From Octopus vulgaris (lineage: Eukaryota), in the NCBI GenBank assembly GCA_951406725.2, contig OX597836.1, positions 34,782,001-34,846,000 of the forward strand: a stretch of DNA of 64,000 nt. Reading direction: 5' to 3'. Shown one piece after another: positions 1-12,134 of this stretch. Within the stretch, counting starts at the first letter, position 1; each line of letters begins with the position of its first letter. Position numbers and translations under genes: made by a program. A model generated the notes under the pieces. That model searched no databases. It worked only from the letters and a program-made list of their open reading frames with translations, and had not been told where the DNA came from.

Positions 1-109
1 GATGGTGCTGGTGGTGGTAGTGGTGGTGGTGATGATGATGATGGTGGTGGTTGATGATGAAGATGATGATGATGATGATAACATTGGTGATGATGACGAC
101 GACGACGAC

Positions 110-142
<33 letters not shown>

Positions 143-213
143 AGTGATGAGGACGTTGATGATGATGACGATGATGATGATGATGATGATGATGATAGTA
201 ATGATGGTGATGG

Positions 214-362
214 TAGTCGAGCAAATCGACCCCAGGACTTATTCTTTGTAAGCCTAGTACTTATTCTATCAGTCTCTTTTGCCGAACCGCTAAGTTACGG
301 GGATATATACACACCAGCATCGGTTGTCAAACGATGTTAGGGAGACAAACACAGACACACAA

Positions 363-453
<91 letters not shown>

Positions 454-773
454 TTGTCCCAAAAGTTCGTAAACACTTGCGAAAATTGACTAATTGACTA
501 TAACTATATAAACCCAAACAAACAATTAAAAATTGCATAAAAATTCAAATTTTCGCAAAGTTTTTACGAACTTTTGGGACAACCTTATATATATATATAC
601 ACATATATACGACGGGCTTCTTTCAGTTTCCGTCTACGAAATCCACTCACAAGGCTTTGGTCGGCTCGAGGCTATAGTAGAAGACACTTGCCCAAGGTGC
701 CACGCAGTGGGACTGAACCCGGAACCATGTGGTTGGTAAGCAAGCTACTTACCACACAGCCACTCCTGCGCCT
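214..773 (-). mobile_element. SINE family A (tRNA head + CORE-like segment), with nested MITE
   Basis: Head AGGCGCAGGAGTGGCTGTGTGG...GGTTCAGTCCC (pol III A/B boxes), then ACCTTGGGCAAGT. More than 15 copies or fragments in the window. Confidence 0.9.
451..585. mobile_element. Tc1/mariner-type MITE inserted in (TA)n
   Basis: About 37 bp terminal inverted repeats AGGTTGTCCCAAAAGTTCGTAAA.../...TTTACGAACTTTTGGGACAACCT, flanked by TA repeats. Confidence 0.85.
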
Positions 774-1420
774 ATATGTATATATATATATATCTGAAGG
801 GGTACTTCTGAGTTCTTTTACAGGGCTTAGAAAAAGCTGAAGGACTGCTGCAATAAGCATGTGAATTTGAGAGGGGAAATATGTTGAACAAAATCATAAT
901 TAAGTGATCCTCCTGTATTTTCCTTTACCCAAAGCCAGGAAATTTTCAGAACCCCTTCATATTTTAGCAAAGAAGACCCGTTCGAAAGAGGAACCCTTTG
1001 CAGTGTGCAAGAGAGAAGAAGGAAATAATGGAGACATATGATGTTATATAGAATATGGCAGTTGGGTAAGGAAGAGTCGGGTGACGCGAGGGATCAAGAA
1101 ATTTTGAATGACAAGGATGAAATGGGGGCAAGATTAGTGAGGGTTGGGTTGGCAGAAGATGATCCCAGAAGGAAGAATCTTCTGATAGAGGATAAGGAAC
1201 TGCAATGAATGGTAAGGCGTTGTGCTGGAGAAGTGACTTCCAGACTATACAACAATGGAAAAGAGAAAAAAAAACCCCACATAAAAATGGTAATGATGAG
1301 TATGAGTGTGTATTCTTGTGTTTGTGTGTGTGTGACTGTATATATGTGCACATCTAGGCATATATGCCTATGTGCAAATGCATGTGTGTATGAGTGTATA
1401 TGTACATACATATATATATG

Positions 1421-1504
<84 letters not shown>

Positions 1505-1507
<3 letters not shown>

Positions 1508-1816
1508 TCATCATCATCATCATCATCATTTAGCGTCCGCTTTCCATGCTAGCATGGGTTGGACGGTTCAACTGGGGTCTGGGAAGCTGGAAGGCTTCGT
1601 CGGGCCCAGTCAGATCTGGCAGGGTTTCTACGGCTGGATGCCCTTCCTAACGCCAACCACTCCGTAGGTGTAGTGGGTGCTTTTTACGTGCCACCCGCAC
1701 AGGTGCCAGACAGAGCTGGCAAACGGCCACGAGCGGATGGTGCTTTTACGTGTCACCGGCACAGGGGCCAGGCGAGGCTGGCAACGAACACGAACGGATG
1801 GTGCTTTTACGTGCCA
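1505..1816 (-). mobile_element. RTE LINE 3' UTR fragment with (GAT)n tail
   Basis: Same sequence as the 3' UTR attached to RTE coding remnants at 6106-6806. Internal GGTGCTTTTACGTG repeats. Confidence 0.8.
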
Positions 1817-2022
1817 TATATATATAACACATAAATGTGAAACAAGGTGGAGAAAAGAGTACTCAAATACCAGGGGTAGAGTAATATGCTTTATTTAAAA
1901 GCAGCAGAAATTCAGCAAAACCTGTTACTTGGAGTTTCACGTTCCTGTTCGTCAGTCCGAGTAACAGGTTTTGATGAATTTCTGCAGCTTTTAAATAAAG
2001 TATATATATATATATATATATA

Positions 2023-2432
2023 CTTGTCCCAAACTTTGGCATTCAAAGTTACCCCAACCGCAGAACGGGGTGCCACTGCATGGTGCCAAAGATTCCAACA
2101 TCACCATCAAAATACAGGTCCAGATACTGCAACAGCTTGGGTTTCAGAGGACCACAGCTCTTTAACATCCTCCCTAAATGCCTGAGAGACTTACATGGTG
2201 TGGATGTGGGTTTCTTTAAAACTAAACTGGATCTCTTCTTGTCGGGAGTCCCAGATGAACCTACCTCATGACAGGAGACGCAGATGCGGGCAGCAGCATC
2301 GAACTCTCTTGTTGATCAAGTGCCACGTATCAAAGGTGGATTCACATATTAGTGTAGCTCATTCAGCGGTGGTGCCCCAGCATGGCCGTGGCCTTCGGGC
2401 TAAAACATTTTAAAAGATTTAAGGATTTAAGG

Positions 2433-2436
<4 letters not shown>
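2023..2436 (+). mobile_element. CR1-group LINE 3' fragment (ORF2 C-terminus + tail)
   Basis: GPQLFNILPKCLRDL...FKTKLDLFLSGVPDEP*...RAAASNSLVDQ is a typical CR1/L2-group ORF2 end. In-frame stop; (AAGGATTT)n tail. Confidence 0.75.
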
Positions 2437-2517
<81 letters not shown>

Positions 2518-2822
2518 TATGCCCATGCAGATATATATTGGAGCCTGGTGCAGCCATCTGGCTCGCCAGTCCTCACTCAAACCGTCCAGCCCATGCCAGA
2601 ATGTTTTTGTGTGTGTGTGTGTGTGTGTATTTGTGTTACATGGTAGCTTTTGTCATTGATGAAAGAATTTCTTTTATCTCTTCCTTTCAAGCTATGTCCT
2701 TTCGAAGCTAAGTATAACACAGTCCAAAAACTGTACAACTCCCAGGCACATCACCACCACACTGGAAAGCAGCGTGTCACTACAGACTTCTTTTCAAACT
2801 GACTTAAAATCGTCGTGGTACC

Positions 2823-2856
2823 ATGGTCCTCTCCACAGATTTACCTTACGTAACTG
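2823..2856 (+). CDS. RGS22: RGS22-like gene, putative first coding exon (MVLSTDLPYVT)
   Basis: ATG in strong context (taccATGG) and donor G|GTAGGT. Phase 1 joins in frame to exon 3776, giving MVLSTDLPYVTDIPNITAENI, similar in length to the RGS22 N-terminus. Confidence 0.6.
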
Positions 2857-3775
2857 GTAGGTGCTTTATCTCTGTTACCTCTTAATATTCTTGAAAGCAA
2901 GGCGGCAAGCTGGCAGAAACATTAGCATGCCAGGCGAAATACTTTGCGGTGTCTTATATCTTTACGTTCTGAGTTCAAATTCCGCCGAGGTCAACTTCGC
3001 CTTTCATCCTTTCGCGGTCGATAAATCATGTACCAGTTATGTACTGGGGTCAATCTAATCGACTGGCCCCCTCCCCCCAAAATTTGCCCTTTAGTTGGGC
3101 AAATCGACCCCAGGACTTATTCTTTGGAAGCCTACTACTTATTCTATCGGTTCTCTTTTGCCGAACCTCTAAGTCACTGGGACATAAACACACCAGCATC
3201 GGTTGTCAAGCGATGTTAGGGGGACAAACACAGACACACAAACATATACACACACACACACTTACATATACATATATACAAAGGGCTTCTTTCAGTTTCC
3301 ATCTACCAAATCTACTCACAAGGCTTTGGTCGGCCCGACACTATAGTAGAAGACACTTGCCCAAGGTGTCACGCAGCGGTGGTGGTGGTGGTGGTTGTAG
3401 TCATCGTCGTCATGGTGGGGATTATGATGATAACAATGATGATAACAACGGTGGCGGCAGCGGTGATGATGATGATAACGACAACGACAACAACAATGAT
3501 GATGATGATGATGATGATGAGGATGATGATGATGATGATGGGGATGATGATGATGATGATGAGGAGGAGGAGGAGGAGGAGGGGGAGGACGATGACGACA
3601 ACTGTTGTTGATGTGATGTTTTCAACTAACCCTCCCCGCCACCGTCGAAAGTGCTGGCCTTGTGCCAAAATTTGGAAACTGATGTTTAAATTCATATGTC
3701 TTTGATTAAAAAGCTGAACTTTTTTATTCTTTCTTCTTTTTTTTCTTTTCTTCTTTATTTTGCTGTCTTCTGTAG

Positions 3776-3804
3776 ATATTCCAAATATAACAGCAGAAAA
3801 TATC
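3776..3804 (+). CDS. RGS22: RGS22-like exon 2 (29 nt, DIPNITAENI)
   Basis: Long pyrimidine tract + TAG acceptor, GTAAGT donor. Resembles recalled human RGS22 EPPTITEEEF. Confidence 0.8.
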
Positions 3805-4097
3805 GTAAGTAAAAGATTATCAGATTATCAGATTGCTTAATCTTCGTTTTACAAACTTCTTTTGCTTATCTAAAACTTTGAATAACAGCAACAGTTTATC
3901 ACTCTTTCGCTCACTTGGAGATGAAAAGGCAATGGATCCAATACCTGTGTATAACTGGGTTTTAAAACAGTATGATTGCAAACTGATTGATTGATTGATT
4001 GATTTGATTGATTGACTGATACTTAGATTGGCAATTATATATATACTACCTTCCATATATATATTATATATATGCATGTATATGTATGTATATATGC

Positions 4098-4151
<54 letters not shown>

Positions 4152-4532
4152 ACATACATTATATATATATACATATATACATACATATATATATATAAAT
4201 ATACATATATATATATATACGTATATATATATATATATATATATACATATATATAGATAGATAGATATACATACATATATATATATACACACATACACAC
4301 ACACACATACACACACAGACAAACACACACACACACATTTATTGGTGTGGCAGTGTGGTATGAAGCTTGCTGGTGTGTTTAGATTCCTGTCACTTAGCGG
4401 TTCGGCAAAAGAGACCGATAGAATAAGTACTAGGCTTACAAAGAATAAGTCCTGGGGTTGATTTGCTCAACTAAAGGCAGTGCTCCAGCATGGTTGCAGT
4501 CAAATGACTGAAACAAGTAAAAGAATAAAAGA

Positions 4533-4590
<58 letters not shown>

Positions 4591-4763
4591 TAATTAACAA
4601 TTGAGGATAAAATCTTTAAAAGAAATTATCAGTAGTCAGCGTGAAAAACCTCGTAAGAGAAAAAATCCGTAAATTCTTCCTCTTTGAAAATATCCATTTA
4701 TATTATATTGAGGGTACTACTATTTGTAGATACCAACACGCTAAGAGGGACCAATGCGGTCAA

Positions 4764-4825
<62 letters not shown>

Positions 4826-4989
4826 TGAACATGCCGGAATTGAAGACCTATTTTGTATATCTACACCTACTTCTGAAGTGATCTGACTTTCAAATGATTT
4901 TAAATTTAAATAATTAATTTTCTGAGGGTCTGAATTGAAGCAGCTGTAAGGAATGTTTATCAATTTTTTAATTAATTAATAATAATTTA

Positions 4990-5020
4990 TTATGACCCGT
5001 TGCCGGGTCATAGTGCTAGT
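4990..5020 (+). mobile_element. Helitron-like 3' terminus
   Basis: Hairpin TATGACCCG-TTGC-CGGGTCATA followed by gtgCTAG|T. Confidence 0.55.
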
Positions 5021-5869
5021 GCATGTATATATGTGTATATATATGTGTACATATTACATGTACATCTATATATATACATCTACACATAAAATACAAAATA
5101 CAAAGTTATATCTTGATATCGCTACTGATAACAATACTCAAAATATATAACAGACTGGAATTGTAAGCCCGTCTCTTGCAATTTCGATCAATTGTATCTT
5201 GTCCTCCCTCTTGTATAGAAGTGTGGCTACAATCCAGCCTACATCTACTGCTGGTGGGGCGGGGGACATTTTAAATTTTTATCCGGGACGTCCTACGTCC
5301 CAGATATAAAGGTAAAAATAAAATATTTCCACTTAGCAAGTTCGAGTCGAGTACTCCCTTGCACGCTCTGTTGACTCGAACCTTGCTTCTATTGTGGCGA
5401 ATTTACCGCCTCTGGTTAGATATCTTTCATAGTCGCACCAAGACACTTTTCGATGGTGCTTTCCTCCAGGTGTTCAAATCTTTTTTCTCTATATTGTATA
5501 CTTTATAGACAATAGTCTTTTCTTTAATTTAATTTTTTATTATCCATCTGGACGCTAATTTTATTTTTAATTTATTCCCATTCATGTGAAACCACATATT
5601 CAAGTTGAAGTCATTGATGCAATTTTATACCAATTGCTATTTTTACTTTTGTTATGTTACAATTACATTATACTTTAGTTTGATTTTAATTATTACTTAC
5701 TACATATAATTCAATTGTTATTATTATCTCTAATTTTTATTGTTAAAGTGAATGTATCTGACATAAAATAGAGAAATGTTTTTGTTTCACTTTTAACACG
5801 TAATACTGAAATAGTGGAGAAGATATGATATTGCTATGGGCTCGCTCTAGGCAAGAAGTTGAACATTTT

Positions 5870-6003
5870 TTTTGCCCATGAAACTACATTGACCCTAAGT
5901 AAGGCATGTGTAAAATTTGAATGAAATTGGTTGTGTAGTTCTCAAGTTTTAGGGAAACACACAGACAGACAGACACACATTCTCAGTTTTATATATATAG
6001 AGA
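5870..6003 (-). mobile_element. Non-autonomous Helitron-like 5' terminus
   Basis: Minus strand begins TCTCTATATATATAAAACTGAGAATGTGTGTCTGTCTGTCTG, the usual TC-start pattern with a (GTCT)n microsatellite. Confidence 0.55.
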
Positions 6004-6105
6004 TATATACACACACTCACATGCACATACTCATATATATATGTATCTATAAGTGTATGTGTGTATATTTATATATACACACACGCATATACATATATAT
6101 ATATA

Positions 6106-7775
6106 TCATCATCATCATCATCGTTTAGCATCCGTTTTCCATGCTAGCATGGGTTGGATGGTTCAACTGGGATCTGTGAAGCCAGAAGGCTTCATCAGGC
6201 CTAGTCAGATCTGGCAGTGTTTCTACGGCTGGATGCCCTTCCTAATGCCAACCACTCCGTGAGTGTAGTGGGTGCTTTTTACGTGCCACCCGCACAGTGC
6301 CAGACAGAGCTGGCAAACGGCCACGAACGGATGGTGCTTTTTATGTGCCACCGGCACGGGGGCCAGGCGAGGCTGGCAACGGACACGAACGGATGGTGCT
6401 TTTTACGTGCCACCGGCACGAGGCCAGTCGGGGCGGTGCTGGCAACGGTCACAAATGGATGGTTCTCTTACATGCCACCGGCACTGGTAACACATCTGCA
6501 ATTTCCATTGATCGATTTCGATTCTGATCCTCACTTGCCTCAACAGGTCTTCACAAGTAGAATTTTGTGTCCCAAGAAGGGAAGGTATGCATACGTAGGC
6601 TGGCTCCATCCCATGTAGAAGGCCACGGGTTATGGACTCACTTGTCCTGCCGGGTCTTCTCGCGCACAGCACACTTCCAGAGGTCTCGGTCTCTAGTCAT
6701 TTCCTCAGTGAGACCTAAAGTTCGAAGGTCGTGCTTCCCCACCTCGTCCCAGGTTTTCCTGGGTCTGCCTCTTCCGCAGGTTCCCTCAACTGCTAGGGTG
6801 TGGCATGTGGGCCAGGCGAGGCTGGCAACGGATACAAACGGATGGTGCTTTTACGTTCCACCGACACGGAGGCCAGACGGGGCGGCGCCACGGCCACGAT
6901 CGGATGGTTCGCTTAACCACAGCTGCAATTTCCACTGATGTTGATCGACATCAATTTTGGTTCTGCTTTCTGATTTGATTTGGTTTGATTTTGATTTTGA
7001 CTGTTCTCACTGGTCTTGCCGGGTCTTCTCACGCACAGCATACTTCCATAGGTCTCGGTGTTTCGTCATTTCCTTGGTGAGACCTAAAGTTCGAAGGTCG
7101 TGCCTCACCACCTCATCCCAGGTTTTCCTAGGTCTACCTCTTCCACAGGTCCCCTCAACTGCCAGGGTGTGGCACTTTCGCACACAACTATCTTCAGCCA
7201 TTCTCATCACATGACCAGCGCAAACGTCTCTCTTGCACGCAACAACTGATGCTTCTTAGGTCCAACTTTTCTCTCAAGGTACTTACACTCTGCCAAGTAT
7301 GAGTACTGACATTACACATCCATCAGAGCATACTGGCTTCATTTCTTGCGAGCTTATGCATATCCTCAGCAGTCACGGCCCATGTTTCACTGCCATGTAG
7401 CATGGCTGCTTGTACACACGCATCATACAGTCTGCCTTTTACTCTGTGCGAGAGGCCTTTTGTCACCAGCAGAGATAAGAGCTCTCTGAACTTTGCCCAA
7501 GCTATTCTTACTCTAGCAGTTGCACTTTCAGCACACCCGCCCCCGCTGCTGACTTGGTCACCTAGGTAACGGAAACTATCAACTATTTCTAGTTTTTCTC
7601 CCTGGAAAGTGACAGAAGTTGGTCTCAGAGCATTTTCAGTGCTTATTGTTCCTGAGCATACAAAAACCACATACAAAAACCATCTTCCTAGTTAGCCTTC
7701 CTTTGACATTGCTGCACCTCTTATGTGTCTATAGCTTACACTTGGTGCATCTTATAGAGTTTCTATCTACACCTT
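6106..7775 (-). mobile_element. Two adjacent 5'-truncated RTE-clade LINE remnants
   Basis: EIVDSFRYLGD...ARVRIAWAKFREL...KGRLYDACV..MLHGSETW and GRGRPRKTWDEVV..DL..LGL; the latter is present twice. Upstream CTKCKL..HKRC motif. Stops and frameshifts; (GAT)n tail at 6106. Confidence 0.9.
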
Positions 7776-7815
7776 TTCTATATATATATGTACATATATA
7801 TATAGAGATAGATAA

Positions 7816-7891
<76 letters not shown>

Positions 7892-8281
7892 GTTTCTTTA
7901 TTGGCCACACAGGGCTGCACACAGATGTGACAAGTTACAAGGTAGAGCTTTTCTTTTGGGGGATGACAAAAACAAAAAACAAAAAACAAAAGAACCAAAA
8001 AAAAAAAAAGGTGGCGTAGGTTTTCAATCAAAAGGGATCGTAAAAGGGAAAAAAAGAACAAAAAGTAAAAAAAAAAAAAAAAGAGAGACAGACAGAGACA
8101 CATAGCCAGAGAGGCAGGTAGACAATCAGATACATGAGTAAGTAGATAGACAGATGACAAAGAAGACAACAAAGACGGAAAAGAGAAGGTGGTGGTGGTG
8201 GTGGTGGAGGTGGCGGCGGCGGCGGCGGTGGTGGTGATGATGATGCTGATGATACTAACAGTTATTCGTATATCACTACAG

Positions 8282-8344
8282 GATCGTTACCTGCAATTGG
8301 ATCCTTTATTTACTGAATACTTCAATGCATTCTTGTCCACGGAG
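8282..8344 (+). CDS. RGS22: RGS22-like exon 3 (DRYLQLDPLFTEYFNAFLSTE)
   Basis: CAG acceptor, GTAAGT donor, 63 nt, phase 0/0. Matches recalled RGS22 EDSLATDDLLVDYFNEFLSLP. Confidence 0.9.
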
Positions 8345-8574
8345 GTAAGTATGTAAACCGTTCTTTTATATCTGTGATGTCATTAAGCAAGAGGTGGGAC
8401 GTAAGTGCATATATGCATGTATATACACATATAAATGTAGGTATGTACATATATGTATGTATATATGCATGTATTTATATATTATTTATATTATTATATG
8501 ATCGAATGCCACGAATCCTTTTCCAAGTAAGTTTTGTCTATCTATCTATCTATATATATATCTATCTATCTACG

Positions 8575-8639
<65 letters not shown>

Positions 8640-8688
8640 CTCTATCTCGCTATCTATATATCTATCTATTCATCTATCTATCTATCTA

Positions 8689-8781
<93 letters not shown>

Positions 8782-8945
8782 AATATTTATATTGTGAAAT
8801 TTGATTTAATACTAAACTGAATTTTTCCCTGTAAGTTTTGGAGTTATACTCCTTAATATTATTATTAATATTATCATATATATTCTTTTATTTATATATA
8901 TATATGTATAAATATATATATATATATATATATCTTCATGACCAG

Positions 8946-9209
8946 ATTTTCTTGAACCCAATACATTTCAAACCAGAATTAGACTGCTTTGAAATATTAG
9001 ACACCAATACCAATACGGAGAAGAAATCTGAAAATGGAACTGATTCTGAGAGTCAAGAAAGTGGTGAAGAGCGAAAATGTGGCCCTGACCCCAACAGCAT
9101 ATATATAAACGTCTGCAAGAACAGTTATTCAGCCATTCCACTTATAAGTGTCAGAAAGGAGAAGAACCCGAAAACAAAAAAAGCGAAAACTCCAAGCCCA
9201 GTATATGAG
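8946..9209 (+). CDS. RGS22: RGS22-like exon 4 (IFLNPIHFKPELDCFEIL...SPVYE)
   Basis: CAG acceptor, GTGAGA donor, 264 nt open frame. Aligns to recalled TFSEAIRFNADYGVFEV. Confidence 0.85.
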
Positions 9210-9275
9210 GTGAGATAAAAATAAGGAAAAGAAAAAGGAAGTTTTTTTTTTATATATTTTATATATGAAGAATGT

Positions 9276-9658
9276 GTAGGCGCAATGGCCCAGTGGTTAG
9301 GGCAGCGGACTCGCGGTCATAGGATCGCGGTTTCGATTCCCAGACCGGGCGTTGTGAGTGTTTATTGAGCGAAAACACCTAAAAGCTCCACGAGGCTCCG
9401 GCAGGGGATGGTGGTGATCCCTGCTGTACTCTTTCACCACAACTTTCTCTCACTCTTGTTTCCTGTTTCTGTTGTACCTGTATTTCAAAGGACCGGCCTT
9501 GTCACTCTCTGTGTCACGCTGAATATTCCCGAGAACTACGTTAAGAGTGCACGTGTCTGTGGAGTGCTCAGCCACTAACACATTAATTTCACAAGCAGGC
9601 TGTTCCGTTGATTCGGATCAACCGGAACCCTCGTCGTCGTAACCGACGGAGTGCTTCC
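9276..9658 (+). mobile_element. SINE family B, tail type i
   Basis: tRNA-like head GGCGCAATGGCCCAGTGGTTAGGGCAGCGGACTCGCGG...GGTTTCGATTCC. 13 bp TSD ATATGAAGAATGT. Further copies at 24152-24513 (+) and 31631-32010 (-). Confidence 0.9.
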
Positions 9659-9944
9659 ATATGAAGAATGTTTTACTGATTTTTTTTTTTTCATTTATAA
9701 TACAGGGTGTAGCAGAAGTAACGCCCTTTTTGCATTTAATAACCAGTAACGTGATTATTAGGGGAGGGGTCAAGGTAAGGGGGCATGTGTCCCAGGCTCT
9801 GACTGAAGTGGGGAGCGCAGAATTGACCTTAATATGATAAGTTTGAACTCCATTTAAAAAATTGCAATTGTAAAGATGGACCTCCAGCATATCATTTTAT
9901 GCTGTTATTGAAGGTAAATGCAATATGATGGCTGTCTACATTCA

Positions 9945-10360
9945 TACTCTTTACTCTTTTACTCTTTTACTTGTTTCAGTCATTTGACTGCGGCCATGCT
10001 GGAGCACCGCCTTTTAATCGAGCAACTCGACCCCGGGACTTATTCTTTGTAAGCCCAGTACTCATTCTATCGGTCTCTTTTGCTGAACCGCTAAGTGACG
10101 GGAACGTAAACACACCAGCATCGGTTGTCAAGCAATGCTAGAGGGACAAACACAGATACATACACACACACATATATATATATATATACATATATACGAT
10201 GGGCTTCTTTCAGTTTCCGTCTACCAAATCCACTCACAAGGCATTGGTCGGCCCGGGGCTATAGCAGAAGACACTTGCCCAAGATGCCACGCAGTGGGAC
10301 TGAACCCGGAACCATGTGGTTGGTTAGCAAGCTACTTACCACACAGCCAGTCCTGCGCCT
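9945..10360 (-). mobile_element. SINE family A, full length
   Basis: Complete head-to-tail match to other copies; (TAAAAGAG)n tail. Confidence 0.9.
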
Positions 10361-10599
10361 ATTCATGTCTGGACATTTTTATAAAGGGCATCAAAAAAAG
10401 GGCCTCATAAAATTAAGCATTCGAAAAAATATATTTTGAATTACAGGCTGTACTGAACCGACAGGTAAATGGATCCTGGTAAAGTATTTATTCCTAAACA
10501 TGGATTTTGTAATTGGTGGTGAGTGCGGAGAGCATTTTTGCAGCTTTCCCCGGGTGCAGTTTACCCAAGCTACACCACTGTTTATAGTATTACTTTGTT

Positions 10600-10824
10600 C
10601 CTTTACTAGTTTCAGTCATTTGACTGCAGCCATGCTGGAGCATCGCCTTTAGTCGAGCAAATCAACCCCAGGAATTATTCTTTGTAAGCTCAGTACTTAT
10701 TCTATCACCCTCTTTTGCACAAACCGCTAAGTGACGGGGACGTAAACACACCAGCATCGGTTGTCAAGCGATATTGGGGGGACAAACACAGACACATACA
10801 TGTACATATATATATGTACATATA

Positions 10825-10872
<48 letters not shown>

Positions 10873-11038
10873 TACGACAGGCTTCTTTCAGTTTCCGTCT
10901 ACCAAATCCACTCACAAGGCTGTGGTCGGCTCGAGGCTATAGTAGAAGACACATGCCCAAGGTGCCACACAGTGGGACTCAACCCAGGGCCATGTGGTTG
11001 GTAAGCAAGCTACTTACCACACAGCCACTCCTGCGCCT
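10600..11038 (-). mobile_element. SINE family A, full length
   Basis: Same family with an internal (TA)n spacer. Confidence 0.9.
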
Positions 11039-11053
11039 TATATATATATATAC

Positions 11054-11194
<141 letters not shown>

Positions 11195-11313
11195 TATACA
11201 ACACACACACATATATATATATTTGTATATATATATATGTGCATATATATATACAACACACACACATATATATATATGTATATATATATATGTGCATATA
11301 TATATATATACAC

Positions 11314-11348
<35 letters not shown>

Positions 11349-11598
11349 TCTAAAATGGAAATGAACATCCAATGTGCCATATTACAGACTTGATAATTGT
11401 TAAGGACTTCCTTAACATGAAACCAATGGTAGCCTTAATACACAAATAAAGAATCTTTATCCAGCAACTCAGTGTTGAGCACTCAATCTCATTGTTTGAT
11501 ATTTTCCAGTATGACTGCAGCTTTAAGGCTGAAACAATTTAAAGAATTTTTATATATATATACATACATCTTTTCTCTCCTTGTTTTTTTCTGTGTCC

Positions 11599-11634
11599 CT
11601 TTCTGTAGAAGAGCTTAGGCTCGAAACGTAAAAG
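11599..11634 (+). ncRNA. Minimal type I hammerhead-like motif with variant core, in a dispersed repeat
   Basis: CTTT-CTGTAGA-A-GAGC-ttag-GCTC-GAAA-CGT-A-AAAG: stems I and II, palindromic stem III, GUA site. Relatives near 23935 (-), 29381 and 41399. Confidence 0.55.
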
Positions 11635-11760
11635 ACTTTTTCAGTTCCTGAGCGTTATACTAATACATCTGTTTGTTTTGTACGCCACCTGTCTTCGTCT
11701 GTTGCTTTTTCGTAAACTCTCTGGAGTTTACAAGTAAACACATTTATGTGTTTACTCCGG

Positions 11761-11791
<31 letters not shown>

Positions 11792-11937
11792 AGATAGGGG
11801 TTGTAAATTCAACCCTCCATGGGATACCATATATCCAATCTTAATGCTCTTGTGTAGTGTTTTAATAAAGTATATGATTCGGTATTATCTGATAGTTGAT
11901 GAATGATTTAGATATATTTCTCCATTTTCTTATTTTG

Positions 11938-11998
<61 letters not shown>

Positions 11999-11999
11999 T

Positions 12000-12045
<46 letters not shown>

Positions 12046-12134
12046 CATATATATATATTTCATGTATACAGTATGATAATAAGTCACAGAGTTGGGTTTT
12101 TTCTTTCTAAAACTGCTAATGTGTTTCTTGACAG

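Noticed and set aside
2-340. Poly-Asp/Met ORFs and all similar IYIY, CVCV, THTH, SLSL, poly-N and poly-E ORFs in the track
   Set aside because: Translations of microsatellites, open in several frames, with no splice or homology support.
9276-9350. tRNA-like sequences with A/B boxes
   Set aside because: They are heads of multi-copy SINEs with bodies, tails and TSDs, not tRNA genes.
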